From assembly GCA_964106915.2 (NCBI GenBank), contig OZ066918.1: 64,000 nt of DNA. One strand, given 5' to 3'. The translations under genes were made by a program, and so were the position numbers. Under the pieces are notes generated by a model. That model was not told the DNA's origin. It saw only the letters and a list, made by a program, of their open reading frames with translations, and searched no databases. The first letter of the stretch is position 1, and each line of letters opens with the position of its first letter. Below, in pieces: positions 1-11,131 of the stretch. This stretch comes from Podarcis gaigeae. Taxonomy: Eukaryota.

Positions 1-483
1 TAAGAGTATAACTTACACCATGTACAAAGAGCAGCACATAAATGTATGATAAAATAAATCAGTCGCCAAATGCGTGTTTGGGTTAAAGGTGGGTCTTGGA
101 TCTGAAGCGATGAAGACTACTGATATAGACTACTATTGGATAAAATCGAGTCAGAGCATTTAATGTCAACACTTCCCATAAAGAATCCCAAACTGGCCAG
201 CAATCAAGACTCTGTTTGTGTTACATAAATTACCATTACATACTTCTGCTCTTCATCCAGTCAGAACAAATGGGACTGGGGATGGGTGGGAAAATATTGT
301 ACCCAAAATATGCTCTACAATGTCTAACAAAATCTCATGAACAAATAAAGTTAAAAATGGATTGCAAACTTGCATTCAGCAGGAAACCTTTTCCTGTCAA
401 CAGTTTTAATTATTTACTTGTGTTTTTATCTTGTATTTTATTTTGTAAACCACCCTGAGATCTTATGATGAAGGGGGGTATAT

Positions 484-514
484 AAACAAACAAACAAACA
501 AACAAACAAACAAA
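484..514. repeat. (AAAC)n microsatellite, probably the tail of an L2-type 3' end at about 430-483
   Basis: Direct reading; preceded by tgtaaaccaccctgagatc...gatgaaggggggtatataaa. Confidence 0.85.
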
Positions 515-2789
515 GACGTAAGTATTAGAAATAAGGCTCAACTTCCCCATGAATCTTAAGGAAGCATCATTCTTATTTTTAATACGCCAAGAAATGAAAA
601 GAATAGCAGTCCTATTCAGGTATTATACCAGTAAGGAAATTAAAACACCTGAGAAGGAAGATGGGGGTGAACATGCTGGGCTCGATCCCATCACTGTTGC
701 CATTGCTCCTCACAAGCTGAGCTGCAACGGTCTGCAGGGAGGTTTTTCCCCACTTGGCTAGGATTCCTACATGATGCAGAGCTCACTTTTATGACAAGCA
801 GAAGCCAGTTCCCTGCTGCAATTAGTCATGGAGAGCAACCTTGTGGGTGTATGTGAAGTAAAGCTAGCATGCTCACACCCATCTGCCCTGCCACTTTCCC
901 TCATTAGTGTAAGGCCTGAATAGGGCTTGTGTCTATGTTCAGTAAATTTGCTTTCCCTACAACAGAACTGGCAATGCTGAGCAAACATTAAAAGGCTGCT
1001 CAGTCTCACCTTGCTTTATTGGCTCTGCATAGTGTGGTTATCCTGGTGGTTACTTGCATGTTCTGCTTCTAATAAGGAGATATTAATGGAAATTCACAAG
1101 GGAGTAACAGAGACTAGATCTCTGTTCATCAGCGGGTAAACTGAAAGCATGCTCTCGGAACGAGAAAGCTTTGGGCTTAGTGAAGATTTGGCTACAACCA
1201 TAAGGTAGGTGGGCGAGAGGCTTTCCTAGATCTGTGATGTCTTCTCTTCAATAGCTTGGTCTAGTTCCCACTTCAGCGATTCATTTTGGGTTTCAACTCA
1301 GCATGTCCACTATGATGTTTATGTTCCCTGGAATGTACCAGTAAGAAGAGGAGATGTGAACACTCCTTTTGAAAATGTAGCTCATGCAGGTCTCCAGGCA
1401 TAAGATCTTTGAACTTGTTCCTCCTTGCTCATTCTGGTTGTAAACTGCTACCCTGCCGATTTGGATGTGACAAATAAAGTCTTGTTCAGGTGAACTTTTG
1501 CTGATGGAAGGCTGTGTCTGTGCTTGCTTGTTTTGTTCAGATTTAATGCACCTGCCAGGAATTTTGTGGCACTACTACAGAAACGGAGTAATTACCCAAC
1601 TTAAGCCTCAACTTAATCTCTACCACATATAAGGTGATTTGCAGACTGGAACTAGAATCTCAGCTATATAGTACTACCATACTCAAAATCCACAAAGATT
1701 AATGTTTCATAGCCTTTCCATAAATAATTCCACAGAGGGGACCAAAACAACTCAGACATTTCAATGGTGTACTGCATAACTAAGGATCAAATTTTTTTAC
1801 GCAATATTATTGAAACAGTTTTAAATTTATGGTATAAAATATATTTTATTTTACCAACAAAAGTGACAAGGATAGTGAACTAGTAAACATCTTTCATGGA
1901 GAGTTTCTTATTTTGCATGAAAAGGACTGGAGCAAAACAGGTAGAACTGAATTAATCCTTCTAGAGGAAGAGGTGGGAAATTCAATTCCCCCTCCCCACA
2001 TAAAAGTCAAGCAATTATAAGTTTCTACTTGACCAACTTCCTTTACCATCAGATAACAAGATAGCTTGTTGAAAAGTAAATTCTTATAATTTAATCTGAC
2101 ACTGTGATAAGTATTTTAGAAAAACTATTCTCCCCTTCGAAAGTAATCCATCAAAAATACCTGACAAGTGCATCTTTTCACTTCAGATAGTTTGGTGGAC
2201 TTTTCAAAGGCCCTTCCTATTTCCTCAAAAACAAGTTTCTGAACCAAGTACATAATATTAAATAAGTGGCAATGTTGTGGGAAGAGAAACAGTATAAAGA
2301 TGTTTTGTTTCTATTAGAATCCTTGCATTCTGGAAGAGATGTGTACTTTTTACTATAGAATATGCAACGTTCACAAGCTCCTACACATGATGTCTAACAG
2401 CTATAATTAGGTGGACTGGCAAACCTCTTTTTGTTTACTGAGCCACCATGTAGACATTTCCAGTGCCTAAGGCAAGGATAGGGAATGTGTGGCTCTCTAC
2501 ATATTGTCAACCCAAGCCTGTATTGGCTCATAGTCAGGGATGATGGACGCTGCAGTCCAACAGCATGTGATGGGCCAGAGGTTCTTCATCACTGGTGTTA
2601 ATAATAATTAAATTTATACATTGCCCCTCACCCGAGCATCACAGGGAGTTTTATAATATAAAAACACATAACTTAATATTAGTAAATGTTACACAGACAT
2701 CATGGGGACATATGATATCATGTTATATGGTATCTTGAAAATGAATGGAAAATATGTAGCTGTCTCTCAAAACTGCTACATTTTACGGT

Positions 2790-3350
2790 ATTCAAAAGCA
2801 TTCTTACTGGATCAGCCCAATATCTACCTACACTTAATATTCATTCCCCAATAACAGAGAGTTGGATGCTTCTAGGTGGCTTAAAACCAAGAAACTCTGT
2901 TCCACTGCTAGTCCCCAGAGTTTGGTCACCAGAGACCCAGAGCCTCTGAAGATGGAGATGCTATGACATGGCTAATAGCCACTGACTAATTATTGATTAA
3001 TTAAAATCAATCTAAGCTAAGAGACATTATATCTCACCATAATAAATGTTAATAAGGCATTGCATGTTTAAGTGCTTCCTTTTTGACTTCTAAACCTTAC
3101 ACTGCTAAGCTCTACTCTATTGTTCTCCCTCATCATTCACTTGATAAAAATGCCTGGTTTTATAAATCTTTATTATATCCCTCCTTAGTTTTGTATTTTC
3201 CAAACTAAGAATCCCCAAAGACTGTTGCTCTTTCAGCAAACTGGCATACTCTTTGAGAGAGAGGACCAGAAATGTACACAGTATTCAGAGTGATCATACT
3301 TTTATTTGATAATTTCAGTCCTTCTTTAGTATTTCCTAACACTGAATTTT
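2790..3350 (-). mobile_element. Highly degenerate CR1 LINE 3' fragment
   Basis: Motifs atggctaatagccactga, gaccagaaatgtacacagtattc and ccttctttagtatttcctaaca are collinear with the CR1 pieces at 51.8-52.9 kb. Boundaries approximate. Confidence 0.55.
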
Positions 3351-5226
3351 TATTTTTTGCAGAGGAAACAGGAACTACTAGTGAGCTCTCCACTCTGAAC
3401 CCATAGCTCTCTCGGTATTTTTGTGATTTTTGTAAGTAGCTTTAGTAATAATAATAAACAACTTTTATTTATATCCTGCCCTCCCCAGCCGAAGCCGGGC
3501 TCACAGCGGCTAATTTTTCTACTCTGTTGTTTTACTGATTTATTTGTTTATTTAACCTTATACCTTTTAATTTAAAATTACAAGTAACTATAGCTAGGCC
3601 ATCTTCATGTGATGTCACAGTGAACTATGTGTGTGTGGCATATGAAATCGCTACAATTTCCATAGTGGTACAAGCTCAAAAACCTTAGACCTCTGATATA
3701 TACACATCTGCAGAGATGTGCCAGCTCCCACAAACAAGAGAATTTATATAAGCATAGATTAGATGTGAGCTGGTGGTGAGACCTTGTGTGATCTAAGTGA
3801 TCTTGGGTAGGACGATTGTCACGTGTGAGCCAGCTGTCAATTTATTAGTACTGTACATTTGTGTCTTGCTCATCAAAATATTTTTTTTTTGTAGTCCCAT
3901 GGAGACAGAATAGCAAGGGTATTGTAAACTGAATCCATCCATCCTGGGACTGAAATTGAACTTCTGAGATTATTTTTAAAATGAAAATTCATGCTTTTGT
4001 ATAACAACTTTTAATCTTTCTTCAGGGAGTGGTTTTTTAAAAATATTTTTCAAGTATACAAAATTATTATCCTGGTTGACATGCTGCTTAAATAAAAATA
4101 AAAATATGAACCCTAAATTTAATACTTAAATTGTGACCGGACACTTGGAACCAAGGACTTAGCGTCTGATATTTAATTTTGCTTGAAGTTGTGAAAAAAT
4201 TAAGATATGTGCACAGAGGCCTCCAAAACCTCATTATGTATGGCAGATACTATCAGTGTGTGAGACATAAATACAAGATGAAAAGGACACAGAGGGTCAT
4301 CTAGTCACTACATACAGTGCAGTCTCCACTTCCTTTCTATATCCGTAGAAAGACTGTTGTCCAAAGAAAGCACGTGGAAGAGGATAGACTCCAAGAATTC
4401 TGAGTGTTATGCAGAAAAAAGTAAAACCCTTGTAGATCATGTGCTTGTGTGATCCAAAGCTATTGAGTTCTCCTACTGTAGTAAGGTTCCCCCTGAAGGT
4501 CAGGTGGGGATAGAGCCTCAAGCTGCTGGGGACGTATCAGCTTTCTTATCCTGTCCTTTTTAGCTTGAGAAGAAAGGGATTTTCAGTGCTCACACGCTGA
4601 GGACAAATGTAAAGGTCCTAAACATTTAAGACACAGTACATGCCCATCTGTCAGTGACACAGTCACTAAAGCAGAGGAAATGTTTCCTGGAAATCTTTCA
4701 AGCATTACGGCACATCCCAGCGCTACTCCCCCAGGAACTCCCAAGAGGAATCAGACTGCAGAGTACCAGGAATGAATCGGCCCTGTGGTCTGACAGCTTC
4801 ATTCCACTCCATTCATGGCACAAAATGTGGGCTATGAATTTGGTGGTGGCAGAAAAGGTCGGAGGCAGCTCCTGGGTTGTAAGGGAAATCACCTCAAAAG
4901 AGGGTATACAGATACTCTCTTATGCATGTGAAGAAATAAGAACTAGGGAAGGATAATGTGAGGATTTTGATACCACAGATGTTGATTATAAGTTTTAAAC
5001 AACACTTCATCTTTAGGAGCCAAAATACTAAACTAAGATGCTGTCTTTGTTTTCTCTCAATAAATGGAATTAATAAAATGTTGCCTGGTAGCATATTAAT
5101 GTGCCTCTCCTCTCCATGTAAGGCTATATAGGTTTATGCATGCAAATATGTGCAGCTGCATAAGAACATAGGTTACCTAATTTACAGAAGAACAAATTCC
5201 TGCCTTTGCAAAACAAAACAAAACTA

Positions 5227-5229
<3 letters not shown>

Positions 5230-5268
<39 letters not shown>
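5230..5268. repeat. (CA)n microsatellite
   Basis: Direct reading. Confidence 0.95.
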
Positions 5269-5270
<2 letters not shown>

Positions 5271-5345
5271 AGTCCTATGCACACTTAGATCTAAGACTCA
5301 CTGAGTTCTATGGAGCTTACTCCCAGGAAAGTGTGCATAGGACTG
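5271..5345. repeat. Short palindromic dispersed repeat (MITE-like remnant)
   Basis: agtcctatgcacac...gtgtgcataggact inverted ends. Related copies near 24321, 25360, 30664, 41098 and 45759. Confidence 0.65.
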
Positions 5346-5934
5346 CCGTCTAAAGAAATAATCAAGACAGCAGATTCAACAAAACTGTATAAGTATAATG
5401 CATATCAGAGTGTCTGCAATAAGAGAGGTAAGATTGGCAGGAACAATACAAGGACCAGAGGCAAAGGAGGTCAGGGATCCTGTACCTATTATACCTGTAT
5501 GAAGAAATAATTTCATGTTCCTTCTCATGTTAAGGTGAAACCTCTCCAATATAACTCTTAAATCTACAGGATCTGGTCATCCTACCAGATATAAAGCACA
5601 CCCTTCTCAATTATAGGCCTTTGTAGAACCAGCTGCTCAGGAGGTCTGTCAAAGCCTACTTGTATTAACCTTTCCATAGTGCTTGCAAGACTTGGTTTAA
5701 ACATCTGTTTGGTAGGGTCTAATATGTTGGGGCTGTGTATTTTATGTCATCTTGTATATTATTCTAATTCTGCGAAACAGCTCAAAAGTATCTGTGGCAA
5801 AAGCAGAGGAGCAATGTTTTTAAATGAAATAAATTGATTACCCCCCTTCCACTTGTGATTTTGCAATAAAGTCTTGATACTGATGACATCTGGCCTCTAT
5901 TTAAATTTTCCCTTACATGATTGGTGCCTTTCAG

Positions 5935-5971
<37 letters not shown>
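5935..5971. repeat. (GATT)n microsatellite
   Basis: Direct reading. Confidence 0.95.
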
Positions 5972-6981
5972 ATGTCTGGGAAGCTTTAGAGATTTTACCA
6001 ATTTCTATTAGGTACAATCTGTAAACTTGGAAATACTTATCCGTGAGCTATTACTTCCTTCTGAATGTACATGCTATGCTTATTTCCTGCCTCTGGGATT
6101 TTGGTTGCAATTCAGCCATAGCTGTGACCAAACAGTCATGCGTATTAATTGGTAGATTTATGCAGGTTTGCATCCCCTTCACATCTAAAGATGAAGCCAG
6201 CCACTTCATCAGGGTTTGAATGAACATTTTAGTGTCCAATGCTCATTCACAATGCATCTGCATTGCCAGCACAAAGGAAAGTTTGTCATGCATGCAAAAG
6301 GCAGCTTCCATGCACATCTCTCTCTTGTTAAATCGAGACACTGATCTCTGAAAGCAAGCAGCCACAGTTAGAATAACTCAATAGAAGAAAGTGTGGCAAA
6401 TGAGAATTGCACAGGAATAGTTCACCAATAGCTAGCACCAAGATGTTTGGTAAAGACATCATGAATTGAAAGCATTTATGAAAAAATTGTGACCATGACA
6501 GACAACAGTACAATAATATAAAAAAGTAGAGGGTGGAATAATTTATTTAGCCCCACTTGAGAGCAAGACCTCCAACAAGTCTTTGCCAGTCCTTCTCTGA
6601 AGCTAGGGTAAGCCATTCTTCCACTTTCCACTATACTCTCACACAGGTATGCAACAAGGCACTAATTTGGGGGGTAAGGGAAGGAGATGAGGGTGATAAT
6701 AGAGAGGGAGCTCTTTCTTGTTTTATTATTTTCTTTTTTTGGAAACTGCACAAAAGCTGGTGCCCTGATGGAAGACACACGGCCAGATTTCCCCGCCCCC
6801 CCCTCAGAGCTCTACTGACACACCTCAATTGAATGGGTGCCAATTGTATCCAAATGGGTTGGCGACAAAACCAAAACATCCGCTAGAATTACTGGATTGG
6901 TAGTGCTTGTCTTCCGTGTGTGGGTGTACTTCAGCAGATTACAGCAGTACTTGTCTACAAGCTCTACTACTGAAAAAAATT

Positions 6982-7005
6982 CCACCTACATAGCCACCTA
7001 CATAG
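6982..7005 (-). repeat. Perfect 12-bp tandem duplication (CTATGTAGGTGG x2 on the minus strand) spanning the exon 11 donor
   Basis: The plus strand has ccacctacatag at 6982-6993 and again at 6994-7005. Confidence 0.95.
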
Positions 7006-7109
7006 TTATCCCGTGCGGACCAGCCGGGGTAAAGCTGCATGTGGAGCTGTCGTTCCTTTCTGGCTAGTTCATAATATTTAGCTTGTTCTTCTCTGGATAA
7101 TGCATGCCA
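7002..7109 (-). CDS. TCF7L2: TCF7L2 coding exon (exon 11 equivalent), second part of the HMG box: [36 protein letters not shown]
   Basis: Canonical TCF/LEF HMG C-terminal half. Acceptor ctctgcag|TGG, donor TAT|gtaggt; 108 nt, phase 0 to 0. Confidence 0.99.
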
Positions 7110-7351
7110 CTGCAGAGAGAAAGAAAACAAAACCACAAGCACAACAGAACGTCAGTAATAGTGTGTGTACAATGTGCATTCACATTCAAACTTTGGAAAA
7201 TGGCAGCCAATTAAAGCATATCAACTGATGCAGACTATTCATTTATTTATTATTAAGAACTCTGTTTTATCCAGGTTAGTTTAGGCTGGGTTATACCGAT
7301 GGAGCCTTTCACTTTTGAAAACGGAATAGTGTAATTCTTCAAGGACTTTTA

Positions 7352-7606
7352 CCAGTGGTAGATGGTGCCCATTGGAAGACCAACAGTAGTAGAAGCAGGA
7401 GCCAATGACAGGCAGAATCAACTACCGGTAATTCCAGCTTTGTCGCCAACATCCTCTTTGCTGTGTTGTGAAAGGGCAGCACTGAGACTAAGGAGGAGGA
7501 AAATGACCGGTGGTGCCATCCCAGGAATGGTTGTAAGTAAGAAGGCAGGCAGGTGAGGTCTTGATGGGACAGAGCCCCACTCACCCTGATGGACCAGCCG
7601 CCAACA
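7352..7606. mobile_element. Old non-autonomous DNA transposon remnant
   Basis: Degenerate inverted ends cagtggtagatggtgcccatt ... gatggaccagccgccaacag around a GC-richer interior; no clear TSD. Confidence 0.4.
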
Positions 7607-7792
7607 GCTATTCGCCTTTAACCAGCATTCATTTGAACAAGACATGCAAGAAATGCCCATAAAGTAGACCACACTTTAAATTTGCCTCTCCCTTCCCCAC
7701 TTGTCACAATTTGTCACTCTGGTAAACCAGCCTTCTCCAAATAATAATAATGACATACATTAATCAAACACCTATTTTTAATGCCTGTAAGG

Positions 7793-7922
7793 CAGGCCTG
7801 CACAATGTGTGACAGAACAAGTAAAATAGAACCTACAAGCTGTAGCTTGCTGGGAAGTCAATAAATCTTAAATTTGCTACCTGTCTTCAGAACTATGCTT
7901 TGCCACAAGTTGTGAAGGCCTG
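7793..7922. mobile_element. Degenerate hAT-type MITE
   Basis: Imperfect TIRs caggcctgcacaa / ttgtgaaggcctg; flanks ctgtaagg / ctttaaga match 6/8. Confidence 0.6.
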
Positions 7923-8617
7923 CTTTAAGATACAACTCCACCTTCCATATGTAAGAAGTTTATTTTTACTATTATTTTTCTGCTACCAGTTACATAAATT
8001 ACTATAGCTTCACATGGGACTTGTGAACAGAGGCCTACAGTTCATACAACATCCAGACTTAAGGTTCCTACAACCAGAGAATGGAGAATCAAGCTTCAAG
8101 TAAAAGCTTCTACAGCTTTCTAAGTACAGAGTTCTTTACTAATAGGCTACAGTGGTGTGTTTAGAGATAGCTTACAGAGAGAAGTAAGAATGCTGGGGTT
8201 CCTAAGACATGTCTCAGAATTAAGGGGCAGAGCAACCAAGGTATGGTGATGCCCAAGCACTGATGGAGAGGTGGATGGAGTTGAAAAGGCAAGGTCTACA
8301 TCAAAGCGGGGTCATATCTACAGAAAAAGAAATGTATCTGCTGGATAAAAGTAAGTAGCATATGATTATGCTGTGCAGGTGCACATGCATTTGGTGAAAA
8401 TGTAACTTTATTTCCTTGTCTGTGTAAGTAGAATGCAAGGAAGTTTCAAAGCACAAGTATTCAACCAGAAAGCTCGAAAGTTCCACTGGGCAGCCAAATG
8501 CCATAATCACACTTAAAATAACATTGTGGATTGTGCCCTTTCATTTCAGACATGTATCACACTCTCATTCTATCCCACATGCAAACTTGCATATACATAT
8601 CCTGACTAGTTACCTAC

Positions 8618-8777
8618 CCTTCGACCAAGGATTTGATTGATGGCTGCACTCTCTTTCAATGTGCATTCTGCTACAACTTTTGCTCTCATTTCCTTCATAT
8701 ACAACATAAATGCATTAAGAGGTTTCTTTATGTGTGGCTTCTTTTTCTCCTCTTCTTTTTTGGAGTCCTGATGTTTT
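8618..8777 (-). CDS. TCF7L2: TCF7L2 coding exon (exon 10 equivalent), first part of the HMG box: [53 protein letters not shown]
   Basis: Hand translation of the minus strand (missed by the ORF track) gives the canonical TCF/LEF HMG sequence. Acceptor catccag|A, donor AGG|gtaggt; 160 nt, phase 2 to 0. Confidence 0.99.
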
Positions 8778-9351
8778 CTGGATGGTTGACAAGAACAGAC
8801 AGAAGGAGCTTGTACAACATTGTCAAAATTATTCTATGCACTTATCCCAATCTTTGCCTCCATCATTAAAACCACATTGAGGGGAGCAAAGAAAAACTCA
8901 AAAATCCAGAAACTAGCTGTAAAGCATCATACCAGTAGCCATGTATGGGAGAGAGCTGCCCTTGGTGTACATCCAATATAGTATTAAAACTTCGAAAGAT
9001 AATATGGCTTCATGAGATTACAGTACACTACTCCATGTATTTTTTTTACATCAGGAAAATTTATTTACTCAGATTTTTAACCTTTTGCCATATCTACATG
9101 AGCAAACCTAGGGTTCTGTGCTCCAAAATATACATAGCCATCAGTTTTGAGTACCTGACTCTGAAGCAAATATGAGCTTTGAGGTGAACTATCATAAGAT
9201 GCAGAGGTAGCAAGGAGCCATTTTACTGCCCTCACCTCCCCGCTGCCCAGGATATTTATAAACACTTCCAACAATTTTCTTCTCTTCCCCACCTGTAACT
9301 TCTCCTGTGGATCGTCAAGTAACACAGGCATCTAATAATTTACACAGTGAA

Positions 9352-9525
9352 CATGTGAAGAAGCTGACTTATAGTGAACTTGACCATTGGTCTAACTAGC
9401 CCAGTATTGGCAGCAGCTTTCCAAAGTCTCCAGCAGACAGGTCTTCTGAAATCTAATCAGCTACTGGAGATGCCAGAGATTGGACCTGGGGCATAAAGTA
9501 GGTGTTACTCTGCTGGGTTATAACC
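9352..9525 (-). mobile_element. Degenerate squamate tRNA-derived SINE (Squam2-like)
   Basis: gaagctgacttatagtgaacttgaccattggtctaactagcccagtatt...ctggagatgccagagattggacctgggg; similar to the copy at 57914-58095. Family name is from recall. Confidence 0.6.
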
Positions 9526-9975
9526 ACTCTCCCCAAGGCAGTAGACAGCCTTCAAACCCTAGGTCTTAATTTTCTTGCCTAGCAATAGGTGCTGAGATAT
9601 GAAGCAATTAGGGTAGAGGATGACGAAGAGACAGGTATCCAAACTGTTGGAGAATGGGAAATCGAAGCCAGTGCAAGTGAACCTGCTCATGAGAATGCAA
9701 GAAGAGCCTTCCAAAATCAGAACAATGCTGTGCATCTGGTTTCCAGCAGTAGCCAGCCAGGTGCCAAGCAGTGTGTGAAGGTGATAGCCCCTTCCTGATG
9801 CTTATCCCCACCATGTGGCTCTGAAATGTGTTTGCTTTTCTAAAACCAATTGAGCCAATTGTGATGACTCTGAACACAATGTCTGGGCGGATGAAAAATT
9901 GGGCCCCGGGTTAACCATTCAAAATGCTTATTTGGTTAATAATGATCGTGGCCAATAAAATTACAGCCCCTATTT

Positions 9976-10004
9976 GTGCTCGCTTTGGCAGCGCATATAC
10001 TAAA
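9976..10004 (+). pseudogene. 3'-truncated (tailless) U6 snRNA retrocopy with an 18-bp target-site duplication
   Basis: gtgctcgctttggcagcgcatatactaaa matches the U6 5' end GTGCTCGCTTCGGCAGCACATATACTAAA at 27/29. Flanked by aaattacagcccctattt (9958-9975) and aaattatggcccctattt (10002-10019). Confidence 0.9.
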
Positions 10005-10183
10005 TTATGGCCCCTATTTAATAAACAGCATATGAATGTGCAAAATATCTGTGGGGCAAAACTTCTCTCCAAGTCTTACTAGAAACAACATGGGATCACA
10101 TACACTGGGTTTAGCCAGAATTGTTGGCAATTGCTTTGGAAACAAATAACTGAAGTTATTTCAGAAGCTGCATACTTTGCTAT

Positions 10184-10548
10184 AAGGTAAAGGTAGAGGG
10201 ACCCCTGACAATTAAGTCCAGTCACGAATGGCTCTGGAGTTGCAATGCTCATCTCGCTTTAAAGGCCGAGGGAGCCGCCGTTTGTCCGCTTCCGCAGACA
10301 GTTTTTCCGGGTCATGCTGCCAGCATGACTAAGCTGCTTCTGGCGGAACCACAGCAGCACATGGGAACGCCATTTACCTTCCCGCCGGAGTGGTACATAT
10401 TTATCTGCTTGCACTGGTGTGCTTTCGAACTGCTAGGTTGGCAGGAGCATGGACTGAACAACGGGAGTTCACCCCGTCATGGGGATTCGAACTGCCAAGC
10501 TCTCAATAGGCAAGCCCACTGTTTAACCCACAGTGCCACCCGCGTCCC
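10184..10548 (-). mobile_element. Sauria SINE (Squam1/POM-like), full length
   Basis: Minus strand begins GGGACGCGGGTGGCACTGTGGGTTAAAC (tRNA-like head with a GTTCGAATC B box) and ends in an (ACCTTT)-type tail. 12-bp TSD with one mismatch: atactttgctat 10172-10183 and atactttactat 10570-10581. Confidence 0.92.
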
Positions 10549-10990
10549 TGTGCCACCCACGTTCCATAAATACTTTACTATTAGCAACCCATAAATAAAA
10601 AGATAAGGAATTCCTGAGTGCTTCAAATACACACATTTCTTCACTATCTTGACTCGTTCAAAAACCATAGACTTCATATATATCTATACAGGCACTCTCC
10701 AAAGGGGCTTGGGATTTTCTCAGGTCTGGGGTGGGCAGGCTCATGTCTCTCAGTTGTTTAGTGATAGAGGTGTATGCTTTGCTTGTAGAAGGTAGTACAC
10801 TTGATCCACAATACTGTCCTGTCTGAAACCCTGGAAAACTATTGCCAATATGTGTAATATTGAGCTTGCATGGTCCAATGGTCTTTACTTTGTTTGTCAT
10901 AAGGCAGCTACCAATATTCCACACCTTCTACAATAAGCAACATTAAATAAAAGTTTGTAAAATAGATTTGAATATTAAAAAAATACTTAC

Positions 10991-11116
10991 GAGCTGTGGA
11001 GTGAGCCGACATCATTCTGGGAAGATTCCTGTTTGACTGTTGGGGTGACTATGGCCGGATGAGGGATCCCAGTCGTATGTAAACTATGATGTGGAGGGAC
11101 CATGTGTGGAGGGAAC
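10991..11116 (-). CDS. TCF7L2: TCF7L2 coding exon (exon 9 equivalent), [41 protein letters not shown](S)
   Basis: Translation matches TCF7L2, including the VKQE SUMO-consensus motif. Acceptor tctag|G, donor GCTC|gtaagt; 126 nt, phase 2 to 2. Confidence 0.98.
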
Positions 11117-11131
11117 CTAGAGGAGAGAAAG
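11117..11131 (-). other. TCF7L2: Alternative 3' splice-site extension encoding the SFLSS (SxxSS) motif
   Basis: Upstream acceptor tttacacag|CTTTCTCTCCTCTAG adds 15 nt in frame. SxxSS +/- isoforms are established for TCF7L2. Confidence 0.9.

Noticed and set aside
4541-4562. Purine-rich minus-strand stretch (AAAAAGGACAGGATAAGAAAG) considered as the basic-tail exon
   Set aside because: Does not translate to GKKKKRKRDKQ and lacks suitable splice sites. That exon appears to lie left of the window.
8610-8617. Second GT 4 nt downstream of the exon 10 donor (GTAG|GTAACT)
   Set aside because: A +4 GT is a common by-product of the donor consensus. Use would frameshift the HMG box, and there is no evidence of use.
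9976-10004. Possible functional U6 gene
   Set aside because: Only the first 29 or so nt are present, with no ACAGAGA box or 3' stem-loop, and it is flanked by a TSD.
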